Part shown: piece after piece, positions 16,476 to 25,978 of the stretch
How the letters are laid out: every line of letters begins with the position of its first letter
Position numbering within the stretch: position 1 is the stretch's first letter
From: a virus
Lineage: Duplodnaviria > Caudoviricetes
Length of the DNA: 64,000 nucleotides
Strand: one strand, 5' to 3'
Virus record (IMG/VR): IMGVR_UViG_3300017435_000003
Location: 1,273-65,272 of that record
The notes under the pieces: generated by a model
Databases searched by the model: none
What the model saw: the letters and a program-made list of their open reading frames with translations, nothing else
What the model was told of the DNA's origin: nothing
Made by a program: the position numbers and the translations under genes

Positions 16476-16499
16476 TGCTGTTAATACGCGCCCGCGCGA
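16476..16499. repeat. Direct repeat copy 2 (TGCTGTTAATACGCGCCCGCGCGA)
   Basis: 22/24 identical to 11587-11610; contains the last codons and stop of ORF 16481..16687. Confidence 0.75.
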
Positions 16500-16687
16500 T
16501 GAGGGGGAAGCCCCAAAACTAGATCGCCCTCATAGGTATCGGGCACGCCGAGCTCGCGGCATATCTCGCGTAACACCTCCCACCCCCACGACGCTTGCTT
16601 GCCGAGCATGGCCGCCGCATGCGCCACGCTACCCTGGTCGGCGAGATAGTCTGCGAACAAGCCGACCAGGCGGGCTTCGTCGTTCAC
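16481..16687 (-). CDS. Small hypothetical protein, possible HTH
   Basis: ORF track; overlaps the spanin stop; SVAHAAAMLGKQASWGWEVLREI is helix-turn-helix-like. Confidence 0.55.
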   Translation of the reverse strand: MNDEARLVGLFADYLADQGSVAHAAAMLGKQASWGWEVLREICRELGVPDTYEGDLVLGLPPHRAGAY

Positions 16688-17250
16688 TGCGCGATCGCAT
16701 CCTCACGCGCAGCGGCATGTTCCCTGTACCACTTGCGCCAGGTCAGGGCTTCGTCGCGGCTGGCGTCGGCGTCCCGGGCGCGCTGGACAAGGATGTCCCA
16801 AGGCAGGCCCACAAGCCCCTCGTCTGCATGCACTCCAGCATCGGCAGCTGTTCCGGTGTTACCGGTCGATTCATATCCACCGGCGACTGCGGGAACGCCG
16901 GCACGATCGCGCGGTCGGGGACAAGACGCGGCGGCTCCCGGCCCGCGCACGAGCAAAGCGTCAGCGCGAGCGCCAACATCGGCAACATTCTGTGCATGCT
17001 CTTCTCCTACTCGTGCGGTGATCTCTGCGCTGCGGGTCTCGTACTTCTTCTTCCACGCGAGCGCGGCCGTGCGCTCTTCCGCGAGCGCGGCATCAAACTG
17101 CTTGGTGCGCGCGTCGACACCGCGATCGTAGGCAGCATCGGTGACGTGCTTGTAGGCGAGGTAGCCGAGCCCGAGGGCCAGAGCGATGGTTGCGAGACCG
17201 AACGCTATCTTGCCGCCGTACTTGGCGATCAGAAGGTAGATGGTGGCCAT
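16684..17250 (-). CDS. i-spanin (Rz-like)
   Basis: N-terminal TM helix and coiled coil, directly downstream of the endolysin, embeds a lipoprotein ORF. Confidence 0.75.
   Translation of the reverse strand: MATIYLLIAKYGGKIAFGLATIALALGLGYLAYKHVTDAAYDRGVDARTKQFDAALAEERTAALAWKKKYETRSAEITARVGEEHAQNVADVGARADALLVRGPGAAASCPRPRDRAGVPAVAGGYESTGNTGTAADAGVHADEGLVGLPWDILVQRARDADASRDEALTWRKWYREHAAAREDAIAQ
16743..16997 (-). CDS. o-spanin (Rz1-like lipoprotein) embedded in the i-spanin gene
   Basis: MLALALTLCSC lipobox-like signal, Pro-rich mature part, alternative frame wholly inside 16684..17250. Confidence 0.7.
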   Translation of the reverse strand: MHRMLPMLALALTLCSCAGREPPRLVPDRAIVPAFPQSPVDMNRPVTPEQLPMLECMQTRGLWACLGTSLSSAPGTPTPAATKP

Positions 17251-17273
17251 GATCTTCTCCTGAACCGTGGCTG

Positions 17274-17930
17274 TCAGAGCGATGCGTAGGCCCGGGCGAT
17301 CTTGCCGTCGTAATCGCCGTCGTCATAGGCGACGCCGTTGTAGCCTTTGGCGAAGGGGCGGCAGTCCGCTTCCTTTGCCGAGATCATCCGGATCTCTTCC
17401 TTCATCCCGAAGCCTTCGACGTAGCGGGCGAGGAGCTCGTAGTGCCCCGCCTCGTTCTCGATGGTCGAAGCGGCGAGATGGAACGGGCTCTCGAATTTGA
17501 GCTCCTTCCACCACTTGCCGAGCACTTGGAAACGGCCCCACGAGACCGACCCGAAGGCGGCGTCGACATCGACCGCGCAGGCCAAGCCCAGCTTGAACCA
17601 ACTGTCCTCGTTGTAGCCCCCGCGAATGGCGTTGGAATATAGGGACGGCGAGGCGACACCCTTGGTCGCTTTGTGGAACAGGTGGCGCTCGTAGAGGATC
17701 TTGGGGCGACCGTTTTTGTCGTACGACGCGCCGCTGCTTTCCACCTTGGCGACCGCTTGGATCTGCCGCGCCTCGCACCCCAGCCGCTTAGCGATCTCTT
17801 CGATCTGGCCGGAGGTGACACCGCCCGCGTTCCGATTGGTGAAGTACGCTTTGAGGGCGGCGCGGCTCTTGCCGCCGAACTGCCCGTCCGGCTCGGCGCC
17901 GATGATCGTCTGTAGCTCGACCTGGTTCAT
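17274..17930 (-). CDS. Endolysin, N-acetylmuramidase (DUF3380-like) with short PG-binding N-terminus
   Basis: GAEPDGQFGGKS, AVAKVESSG, RPKILYERHLF, SWGRFQVLG, FAKGYNG. Confidence 0.88.
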   Translation of the reverse strand: MNQVELQTIIGAEPDGQFGGKSRAALKAYFTNRNAGGVTSGQIEEIAKRLGCEARQIQAVAKVESSGASYDKNGRPKILYERHLFHKATKGVASPSLYSNAIRGGYNEDSWFKLGLACAVDVDAAFGSVSWGRFQVLGKWWKELKFESPFHLAASTIENEAGHYELLARYVEGFGMKEEIRMISAKEADCRPFAKGYNGVAYDDGDYDGKIARAYASL

Positions 17931-18268
17931 GGTTGCACCTCTGGCGTGGGACTCTCTACGGATGGCCGGCCGTCCGGCGCCTTGGCGCTGCTCCGCGCCT
18001 CGACTGTCTTGGCGACGGTGTAGCCGATGGTGATCGCCGAGATGGCGGCCCAGCCGGCGTCGGGGATCTTCGACAAGAACGCCGTCGAAACTTCCGCCAT
18101 CGCCATCCCGCGCTCCCGCGAGAACAGCGCGACCGTGCCGACTGCGAATGCCCCCAGCGCAGGGATAGCCGCGGTCATTGCGGCTACCGCTGGACGAGCG
18201 ATGGCGACCGCCTGATTAACCCAAGGGGGCAAGTCGCCCTTGGCAAGATCTAGATTCGGCAACGGCAT
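17927..18268 (-). CDS. Holin-like membrane protein (about 2 TM)
   Basis: Hydrophobic segments; stop overlaps the endolysin start. Confidence 0.55.
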   Translation of the reverse strand: MPLPNLDLAKGDLPPWVNQAVAIARPAVAAMTAAIPALGAFAVGTVALFSRERGMAMAEVSTAFLSKIPDAGWAAISAITIGYTVAKTVEARSSAKAPDGRPSVESPTPEVQP

Positions 18269-18277
18269 AAGATCCTC

Positions 18278-18802
18278 CTACAAGTCGGGATCGCCCCAGA
18301 GTTCACCAGTATCTCGCGGCGGAGGCACCGCGTCACGCAGCTTAACGACTTGCTCGGCTACGGCCAACTGCGCTTGCTGGCGCACTTCGCCCACCTTCTC
18401 GTCGAGCTCCTCGCGCACCACGATCTGCTGCTCACCCAAGACGCGCTTCGCCAGTGCGATCGCGCCCGCCTCGACAATTGCCAGGATTGTCGATCCGGCG
18501 AGTCCTACCCCCAGGCCGATCAATGCCGACATCGGCAGACTGGTCTTGAACTGCAGAGCAAGAGCAAGGGCTGCAATCCAGACACCGCCGGCATTGAGCG
18601 CGAGCGAGCGACCGGCGTTCTTCTTCTCGGCAGCTGCGATGCGCGAGATGCTCGAGACCATGCCGAAGCCGCAGGCGATGACGGTGATTACGATGGTCGC
18701 AATTAAAGGCGAGCCGTCGCCCACCGGCTTTAGCAACCAAGCAGTGATTGCCCCTGCGGACCCGGCGAGTCCGCCCCCGGCAATGCTGCTTGGCAGGGAC
18801 AT
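18278..18802 (-). CDS. Membrane protein (holin/antiholin candidate, 3-4 TM)
   Basis: Several hydrophobic segments; located in the lysis cassette. Confidence 0.55.
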   Translation of the reverse strand: MSLPSSIAGGGLAGSAGAITAWLLKPVGDGSPLIATIVITVIACGFGMVSSISRIAAAEKKNAGRSLALNAGGVWIAALALALQFKTSLPMSALIGLGVGLAGSTILAIVEAGAIALAKRVLGEQQIVVREELDEKVGEVRQQAQLAVAEQVVKLRDAVPPPRDTGELWGDPDL

Positions 18803-18803
18803 G

Positions 18804-19253
18804 TTACAAGGCTCCGACAACCAAGCAGAAGAAATACCACCAGAAAGCCCACCTCATTTTATAGGCCGGGGTAAGGGACAGTTTATGCAGGAAATAGAGC
18901 TCGAGCGCCAGTGCTGCATGGACCCGGATCAAGGTTGACCACGGGTAAGCTGTGGTGGCCGCTTCGATCATCGCAATGTCGCCGAAGAGCCCTCGGATCA
19001 TAGGGACTGTGAAGCCAGCTGCGACACCCACTGCGGTGGTGACGCCAAGGATCGAGGATACGAGCTCGGAGTGGTGCTTCATCGGCGGATGGAAGCGACG
19101 AAGGGGGAAGGTTATCCACCCTCGCTCGAGCGAGTAGACGTGGGCGATGTCTACCAACCGGGATAGGCCGCACCAGGCGAGAACGATGGCCAGCCCGCAG
19201 ACTGCCAGTGAGGCGCCGTCTAGCCAGCTTACGCGATGCAGGATCAGGATCAT
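18804..19253 (-). CDS. Membrane protein (about 4 TM)
   Basis: ORF track; hydrophobic; first gene of the lysis cluster. Confidence 0.55.
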   Translation of the reverse strand: MILILHRVSWLDGASLAVCGLAIVLAWCGLSRLVDIAHVYSLERGWITFPLRRFHPPMKHHSELVSSILGVTTAVGVAAGFTVPMIRGLFGDIAMIEAATTAYPWSTLIRVHAALALELYFLHKLSLTPAYKMRWAFWWYFFCLVVGAL

Positions 19254-20344
19254 GGGAGGATGCTTTCGACCGTGAAGCTGCGCGTGGTTCGCAGAGATGA
19301 AGGGCGCGCCATCTTCATATTGAGAGAGCCGTAATGGAAGTTGTCATGCAGAAACGCGCCAGGTCGGGTGTTCGGCACTACGAATGCCGGATCGGTGCTT
19401 CCCAAACGGTACGAGAGATCCTGGTAGTTAGACCAGTCTTGCGCTTCGGTGAGTTGCGAGATGTCGAAGCTCGCCACGCGGCCGCGATACCCCCTCACCC
19501 GGTCGGGCACTCCCGAACGCATGCGCTCGAGCTTGCCGGCGTCCGAGCCATTTTCCGAGCGGTTTACCGAGTGGTTTTTCGTCGCCCGGTTCCAGCCGAA
19601 AAGCATGTGCTCCATGTGCATCGTCTTGCCTGTCAGGTTGGCGGCGCTGATTTCGATCCGCCAGTAGGGAAGACGCTGCTGCGCGAACCGGAAAAGCCCG
19701 TGGTAGCCCGGCCGCCCCGGGAGGTTCGCGCTTGCCCGAAAAGGCAGGGAAGCCGTACTGAACGCAGGAGACCCGCCTCGCACGTTCGCCTGGTCAGCGC
19801 CAGCCTTGATGACAACCGTGGCGTCTTCCGGAAGGTTGGTCATCAGCATCGCGATAGTGTCAACGGGCTCCGGCGCCATGCGGGCTTCGATGACGTGCGC
19901 ACCGCTTGCAGCGTAGGACTTGTAGGCAACCGGCGCGTCGAGCCCAAGGTTCTGGGCTGGAAAGCCTGCTACTTCGCTAAGCCCGACCCAGCCCAAGACT
20001 CGATTGGGCGCCATGATCGTCGCCGGCTGGATCATCACGGCCGTTGGCGTAAGCGACGGTGCGGCCGCGAGCGCCGTTCGGAATCCGACGGTGTTGGACC
20101 AATCCTCGGCGACACCACTGACCCGGCGGGGGCGGGCCCGCACGTAATAGGTGGCATCCTGATTCAGCCCGGCCATCGCGATGGGAGAGGATCGAGGCAG
20201 CGCGACGACAACGGGCGAAACGGCGAACGCGAAGTCGGGATCGCTGCTGTACTGCAATTCGATCGTGCCGTCAGCGGCGAGGCCGGTTGCGGTGAGGCTC
20301 GCGGTCGTGGCCGTGTTCGACGCGACTGCCAGAACCATCACCAT
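19250..20344 (-). CDS. Minor tail protein with N-terminal FN3-like domain
   Basis: LNQDATYYVRAR FN3-like motif; position in the tail module. Confidence 0.6.
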   Translation of the reverse strand: MVMVLAVASNTATTASLTATGLAADGTIELQYSSDPDFAFAVSPVVVALPRSSPIAMAGLNQDATYYVRARPRRVSGVAEDWSNTVGFRTALAAAPSLTPTAVMIQPATIMAPNRVLGWVGLSEVAGFPAQNLGLDAPVAYKSYAASGAHVIEARMAPEPVDTIAMLMTNLPEDATVVIKAGADQANVRGGSPAFSTASLPFRASANLPGRPGYHGLFRFAQQRLPYWRIEISAANLTGKTMHMEHMLFGWNRATKNHSVNRSENGSDAGKLERMRSGVPDRVRGYRGRVASFDISQLTEAQDWSNYQDLSYRLGSTDPAFVVPNTRPGAFLHDNFHYGSLNMKMARPSSLRTTRSFTVESILP

Positions 20345-20355
20345 CTAGTCTTCTC

Positions 20356-20733
20356 CTATTCGACCACTTCGACGCTGTAGCTCTCGGCCCCGGTGTCATA
20401 CGAGAAGGCACGCGTTCGGGCCAGCCGGTTAATGCCGCGCTCTTCATCGATCACCTGGAAGCAGGGCACGGTCGGGCTCAACGGAATAGTCGTTCCCAAC
20501 CCCAGCGTCTCCGTAACCTCGATGCCTTCATGCAGCGGCGAAACGCGCGAGTGCGTCGCATACATCTCGTCCAGTAGCACCTGCGCATGGGCGCGCTGAT
20601 CGAAGAACATCTCCACGGGCTGGTCCCCCGTCGTCTTCGCGTCACGCTGGGCGTCGCGAACGGTGGTGTCCTGCTTGGTCAGCGTTATCCCGTCTCGGGT
20701 GTAACGCGCTACCGCTGCGGGGCTGGCAGTCAT
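20356..20733 (-). CDS. Minor tail protein
   Basis: ORF track; translationally coupled within the tail module. Confidence 0.55.
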   Translation of the reverse strand: MTASPAAVARYTRDGITLTKQDTTVRDAQRDAKTTGDQPVEMFFDQRAHAQVLLDEMYATHSRVSPLHEGIEVTETLGLGTTIPLSPTVPCFQVIDEERGINRLARTRAFSYDTGAESYSVEVVE

Positions 20734-21026
20734 TCGACGGCCTGATCGTTGATCCGCTTGATCTCACCGGCGACGAGATCCGGCACAACGGACATGACGG
20801 TGATCACGTTGCCAACCTGGACGCGGACCAGGCTCGAGGGCGGCAACTGGTCCAGCCACGCTGTCAGGTCTTGCGCCAGCGTCGCAGCCTTGCCAGCAGT
20901 CAGGACACCATGGACCGCTTCATAGGCCGGGAGCGCCTGCATATCTCGGTCACGCTCTAGTTTCGCAGTCTGCGCCGCCAGGTCTGCCAAGCGCTCTTCG
21001 ATAGTCCCAAGGTCATTCGAGCTCAC
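20730..21026 (-). CDS. Hypothetical helical protein
   Basis: ORF track; overlapping start and stop. Confidence 0.55.
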   Translation of the reverse strand: MSSNDLGTIEERLADLAAQTAKLERDRDMQALPAYEAVHGVLTAGKAATLAQDLTAWLDQLPPSSLVRVQVGNVITVMSVVPDLVAGEIKRINDQAVE

Positions 21027-21592
21027 AGGTTTTCTCCTTCTGCCGGTTCGACGCTATCAGGCGCCACTACCGCGTGCCAATTTATTTGCGCTGCAGCGGC
21101 GATTTCAGCCACGTTCGTCGCCGCAGCCAGGCGAGCGTTGGCTTTGCGGCGGAGTGCTTCGATCTTCGCGCCGATAGGGCGCCACAAGTCAGCTTGCGCG
21201 ACGACCTCCTGAGCGAGGTCTTGCACTGTGATCCCCATTTCGTCAGCCTCGATCGTCAGAAACAAGGTCGGCGTATCGGGGTCGGCCAGCACGGCGCGGG
21301 CCTCTGCCTCTTTCTCACGGTAAGTTGCCACCTGACGAGGCGTGTTGTTGAAGCCGAACGCGAACGCGGCTTTGTCGGCGTCCGCGTTGATGCCGGCACC
21401 ATAGGAAGCCTTGATGATGTCGATGTCGATACCACCGAGCGGAAGCACCGCCTGCGATGGGATCTGCATGATCCCCACGCCAGGCGGCAGGTTCGACTTA
21501 TAGAGCGCGACTGTGTCTGCCGGGCCCTGGCCAATCTGGATCGTAGCGCCCGTCTCGATGTTGTATAAGAGGTAGTGTTCCATGAACGTCAA
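21023..21592 (-). CDS. Tail fibre assembly/chaperone-like protein
   Basis: Directly after the fibre; TYREKEAEARA...EADEMGIT...AKIEALRRKA pattern common in fibre-associated proteins; start may be ATG 21583. Confidence 0.6.
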   Translation of the reverse strand: MTFMEHYLLYNIETGATIQIGQGPADTVALYKSNLPPGVGIMQIPSQAVLPLGGIDIDIIKASYGAGINADADKAAFAFGFNNTPRQVATYREKEAEARAVLADPDTPTLFLTIEADEMGITVQDLAQEVVAQADLWRPIGAKIEALRRKANARLAAATNVAEIAAAAQINWHAVVAPDSVEPAEGENL

Positions 21593-24500
21593 GTTCCTCC
21601 ACGCTTGATTTCCTGCACGGTGACAGTGCAGCCGGGTTCCGCCCAGGACTGAGCATCGGCTTCAGTGTTGTAGTAATCGAGCGCCAATGTGTACGTGCCG
21701 ACTTCCCAGCCTGTCGCCATCCAATTGAGCGCGATCGGCACTTGGAAATTGTTGTTCGCGCCGATCATCGTGATCGGCCACTCGTCCTCTGTTGCGCCGT
21801 TGTTGAGGTTGATCAACCGGAAAAAGCCCGTGATGTCGTCGCCGGATTTCATTCGGATGTTGGCGAGCAGATTGAGCGTGCTGAACAACTCTGCTTTCTG
21901 CAGAGTGATCTGCGCGATGCGTGTCTGCTGAAAGGTCGGCAGGCTAACCATGCCAGCGGTACGCACCCATTGAATTGATTGCGCGGCGTTCTGCGCCAAC
22001 TTCCTGGTAGTGAGCGTACCATCAACCACCACATTGCCGCTGAATGTGAAGGTGTTGCCGACGAAGTCGATTCCGGTGACGACATTGCCGTCCTGATTGA
22101 GCGCGTACAGGCTCATCTGGGCGCGGCCGCCGTTTACGGAAACGGTGTTCTGATAGAGCGCTCCCGCCGTACGGTTTCTGGCATCGATGGCGACCTGTTC
22201 CGTCGTGGACACCCGCGCCATGAGCCCGCCGGGGCCGCCGACCGCAGCCTCAAGATTGGTGGCGCGTTGCGCGACCGCTATGTTCGCTGCAGCCGCGACG
22301 CCGGCGGTTTCTTCAATGCGGGCCGTCGCCGCCGCAAGGCCCTTGCCACCTCCACGCGGCGCGTAAGGCGCGGGAACGGTGGGCTCGACTATTCCCGAAC
22401 TCACCATCGGCCGCAACGCGAACATCCAGGAGAGATCGTTGTTGTTCGGGTTCGCCAGAAACGGCCCCTTGGACAGCACCAGGCGCATGAAGCGCGCGTC
22501 CGATGGCACCTGGCCCTTGCACCATACTCGCTTGAATCCATCGAGGTTCACGCCGCCACGGTAGGCGTTGTTGACAAGTACTTCGCTACTTGGGCCTTCT
22601 CGTAAAAAGACGCCTGCGCCATTCCCCCACTGCAAACGGATGGAGGCCACGCACTCGCGCGAGGCGAGCCACGTCGTTGATTGCGCCCACTCATTTGGAG
22701 CCACGGCAATCCAGTCACTGACAAGATCGCCTCGGAGATCGCCGTTACGCTCGGTGCAGAGCAATCCGAGGTAGTGCTCATCCCCAATGGTGAACTCGGC
22801 TGGGTCGGCGCCCCAGAAGAACGACGCCGGCGTATTGCTGACCAGGGACCATCCAGCCTTCGCCGCTTGGTCGTTGTTCTGCGCACCAACAAAGTCGCTA
22901 TTCGGGAGGAGATTGCTGAGCGCGCCGCTGTAAGAAGCGGCGAGCGTGGCGCTACTGGCGGCCTGCGCTGCCTTATCGGTGGCGACCGCCGCCGACGCGC
23001 TCGAAGCCGCCGCCGACGCCTGCGCACCGCCGGCGCTGACAGAAGCAGCGTTGGCGGAGCCGGATGCAGACTGAGCGTATTGCCCCGCCTGCGTGCGAGA
23101 GGCTTCCGCGGCCGTGTAGCTCGAGTTTGCCGCCGCCGCTGCATTGTTGGCATTCCCAGCCGATGTCGCGGCGCTGATCTGACTCGCTTGCGCTGCCGAT
23201 GCGGACTGACTCGCTGCATCCGCCTTCGCGGAGGCGGTGCCGGCGGACGTGTTCGCGGCCGAAGCGGATGAGGCAGCGGCGTTTTTCGCATCGGCCGCAA
23301 GCGATGCCTGCTGCGACGCGGTGCTGGCCGAGCCAGCTGCGTTCGTCTCGCTGGTGGACGCCTGCGACGCGCTCGTGGCCGCTTTGCTGGCGGCAGTCTC
23401 GGCGCTCGTCTTGCTGGTTAGCGCGGCCGCGGCGCTTACGCCTGCCTCATTCGCCTTGGTGGCCGCCGTCGCGGCGCTGGAGGCGGACGCGGCGGCATAG
23501 TCGGCTGCAATCTGCTGGTCGGTGATGTCGACGGTGCGGAAATATTCGACCTCGACGGTGCCGCTGGTCCCGGCAATGCCGCGCAAACGGGGCATGACGT
23601 ATGCCCAAGGCCAGTTCGCGGGTCGCCCGTCGATCAGATAGTCGATGTCGATCCAGCCAGCCGCTACGGGGAGGGCGCCAAACCCGCTGAACGTGCCGCC
23701 CGCTGGCGGTCCTGCGGGGCTGTTGCCGTACTCGAAGTCGGTCGACAGGCTCGCATCGGCGCCCACAGCGCGGATCCTCGCCTGGTAGCGCAGGAGCCGG
23801 CCCTTGGACGGGATCGGCCGGACGTAGGCCAGGCCGTAGATGCCGCCCGCCTTGTAGACATTCCCGTTGGAGCCCGCCACGAAGTCGCTGTCCGGGACCG
23901 GGATGCCCCCGCCCCATGAACCCGTCCGATAGAGCGCGCCTTTTTGCGCGAAGGTCAGCGGGAAGTCCGCGGCCAGCGTTGCCGCGCTGGCGCTCTTGGT
24001 CGAGACGGTGGCGCTGGAAGCGGCGCTGGTCGACGAGCCCGCGGCGTTGACCTCACTGGTCGCGGCTTGGCTTGCGCTGACCGACGCCTCTCCTGCCTTG
24101 GTGGTGGCAATGTCGGCTTTCGCGGTCGCCGTGCTGGCGCTCTGTGCAGCCGCGTCGGCCTTTTGCGTTGCGATTGTCGCCTGACCGGAGGCCGTGCTGG
24201 CGAAGCCTCCGGCACTGCTGGCCGACGCTGCCGCATCCACGGCCTTTTGCACGGCGGCCGCCTGCGCGGTCTCGGCGGCTGTCTGCGCCGATTGCGCAAG
24301 CTGCTGCGCGTTCGTGGCGTTAGCGGCGGCGGCCTGGGCCGTATTTTTGAACTGTTCGGCGGCGCTCGCGCTGGCGGCTGCGGAAGCGGTATCGCCGTAC
24401 ACCTCGACGAGATCGTCGATCTCGTTCTTGTTTGCCTTCGCCAGGGCATCGACGGCGGAGATAGCCGCCTGCGCGGCTGCGAACTCGGAGAGTAGGACAG

Positions 24501-25956
24501 TCGACGGCTTACCGCCTACAGCATTTGTATCCTTCGACGTGTTTTCGCCGGTGACATCGGCGTTGTCGTCCGGCTTGGTCCCGTCCGGATCGGTGATGCT
24601 CGACCACGCCACTTCGATGGCGCCATTCATGTTGACCCACCAAGCGTCTCCGTCCGACCCAATCGGGGGGACGTGGCCGGCGGCTGGAACGTCGTTGATA
24701 TAGAACCACCGCGACCCATCAGGCATCGTCACGATGTTGCCCGCTCGATACGTTTCCGCGTCCAGGAAAGCGCCGCGCTCGATCAGGTCATCGACGAACA
24801 ACACGTCGGTGAGGTTGAGCACATTCGCCGGGCGCTCGGCCTGGACCTTGATCTGCCAGTATGGCGGTATCGGCGCCGTTGTTTGCCAGCCGATGACGCG
24901 CGGCGCCTGCCCGCCGGCACGATCCAGAGTAGCGATTGGAGCGCTGGCGCTGTTGCGGATTACCTGGAGCTTACCCTGGCAATTTACCACGGCGGTCGCA
25001 TTGGCTGCTCGTGCCACAGCCTCGACCAGGTCATCGACGTTGCGCTGCCCATCCGTCCAGTAGTGGACCGGGTAGGGCACCAGCGTGTCCAGCGCTGCCA
25101 AGCTGTTGGCATCGACGACGTCTGCCGGCGCGAGGGCGTGCGTCAGGACGGCGCGCGAAATAAGCGAGCCACTCTTCCCCGCTCCGAATGTCGCGTTGAT
25201 GCCGATCGGCTTGGCGGGCGGCGCACCAAAGGCGACCAGCCCCAAAGCGACGCAGGTGCCCCACTGCCCCGGCTTGATCGCTTTGCTGTCAACGGCCGCC
25301 TGTAGAGCCGCATAGGTCGCGTAATTTGCGACCGCCGGCCCGAAGCTCGATGCTCCCTCCATTGCGGCGGTGATGGCCAACGTGTTGCCATAGCCGTCGA
25401 TCATTCCGATCCAGCGAGACTCGTCGAGCCATACCGGCGGGATGTTCTCGCAGATGCCGAAGCCAGCCGGCATCAGCGTACCGATTTTCTCCGCGACACC
25501 GTTGATGCCGCCCAACCCCGACATCGCCTTCCAAAGCAGCGGCTTGTCCAGGAAGTCGGCGTTGACCTCGAGAGAGAGGGTCAGCGCGCCGGTGTCCGGA
25601 TCGTAGTCGTGGCTCGTGATGTACCCGGCGAACTCGACGGTCGCCGCAGCGTAATCGAGCCCGGCGGCATGCAGGATCCGGATTGGAGAACCGGACCATT
25701 TGTATTGCCGGGACATCGGAAGGCTTTTCATCGCCCGGCGCGACAACTTGAGTGATGCCTTGCCCTTCTGCACGCCGCTCGAAAGATCGGTGGCAAGGAT
25801 CTCAAGCGTTATGACAGCGCGGCTCAGGATAGCGGGGGCCCAAGAGAAACCCCCGATGCCGTAGGTCTCGGACGACGGGCCATCGGCGACGCGCACCGTC
25901 TCCTGCGCGTCGGCGATTACATCATAGACGTCGATCTCGACTAGCTGGGGGATCAA
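21589..25956 (-). CDS. Central tail tip/fibre (host specificity) protein, 1455 aa
   Basis: Follows the tape measure; Ala/Ser-rich Stf-like repeats alternate with globular beta domains; DUF1983-like region near the C-terminus. Confidence 0.8.
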   Translation of the reverse strand: MIPQLVEIDVYDVIADAQETVRVADGPSSETYGIGGFSWAPAILSRAVITLEILATDLSSGVQKGKASLKLSRRAMKSLPMSRQYKWSGSPIRILHAAGLDYAAATVEFAGYITSHDYDPDTGALTLSLEVNADFLDKPLLWKAMSGLGGINGVAEKIGTLMPAGFGICENIPPVWLDESRWIGMIDGYGNTLAITAAMEGASSFGPAVANYATYAALQAAVDSKAIKPGQWGTCVALGLVAFGAPPAKPIGINATFGAGKSGSLISRAVLTHALAPADVVDANSLAALDTLVPYPVHYWTDGQRNVDDLVEAVARAANATAVVNCQGKLQVIRNSASAPIATLDRAGGQAPRVIGWQTTAPIPPYWQIKVQAERPANVLNLTDVLFVDDLIERGAFLDAETYRAGNIVTMPDGSRWFYINDVPAAGHVPPIGSDGDAWWVNMNGAIEVAWSSITDPDGTKPDDNADVTGENTSKDTNAVGGKPSTVLLSEFAAAQAAISAVDALAKANKNEIDDLVEVYGDTASAAASASAAEQFKNTAQAAAANATNAQQLAQSAQTAAETAQAAAVQKAVDAAASASSAGGFASTASGQATIATQKADAAAQSASTATAKADIATTKAGEASVSASQAATSEVNAAGSSTSAASSATVSTKSASAATLAADFPLTFAQKGALYRTGSWGGGIPVPDSDFVAGSNGNVYKAGGIYGLAYVRPIPSKGRLLRYQARIRAVGADASLSTDFEYGNSPAGPPAGGTFSGFGALPVAAGWIDIDYLIDGRPANWPWAYVMPRLRGIAGTSGTVEVEYFRTVDITDQQIAADYAAASASSAATAATKANEAGVSAAAALTSKTSAETAASKAATSASQASTSETNAAGSASTASQQASLAADAKNAAASSASAANTSAGTASAKADAASQSASAAQASQISAATSAGNANNAAAAANSSYTAAEASRTQAGQYAQSASGSANAASVSAGGAQASAAASSASAAVATDKAAQAASSATLAASYSGALSNLLPNSDFVGAQNNDQAAKAGWSLVSNTPASFFWGADPAEFTIGDEHYLGLLCTERNGDLRGDLVSDWIAVAPNEWAQSTTWLASRECVASIRLQWGNGAGVFLREGPSSEVLVNNAYRGGVNLDGFKRVWCKGQVPSDARFMRLVLSKGPFLANPNNNDLSWMFALRPMVSSGIVEPTVPAPYAPRGGGKGLAAATARIEETAGVAAAANIAVAQRATNLEAAVGGPGGLMARVSTTEQVAIDARNRTAGALYQNTVSVNGGRAQMSLYALNQDGNVVTGIDFVGNTFTFSGNVVVDGTLTTRKLAQNAAQSIQWVRTAGMVSLPTFQQTRIAQITLQKAELFSTLNLLANIRMKSGDDITGFFRLINLNNGATEDEWPITMIGANNNFQVPIALNWMATGWEVGTYTLALDYYNTEADAQSWAEPGCTVTVQEIKRGGT

Positions 25957-25978
25957 CGCCTGCTCCTATGGCTGGGGA

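Noticed and set aside
22900-24500. Repetitive GCC/GCG-rich DNA as a tandem repeat, CRISPR array or DGR target
   Set aside because: Explained by Ala/Ser-rich coding in the fibre; no constant repeat-spacer period and no reverse transcriptase in the window
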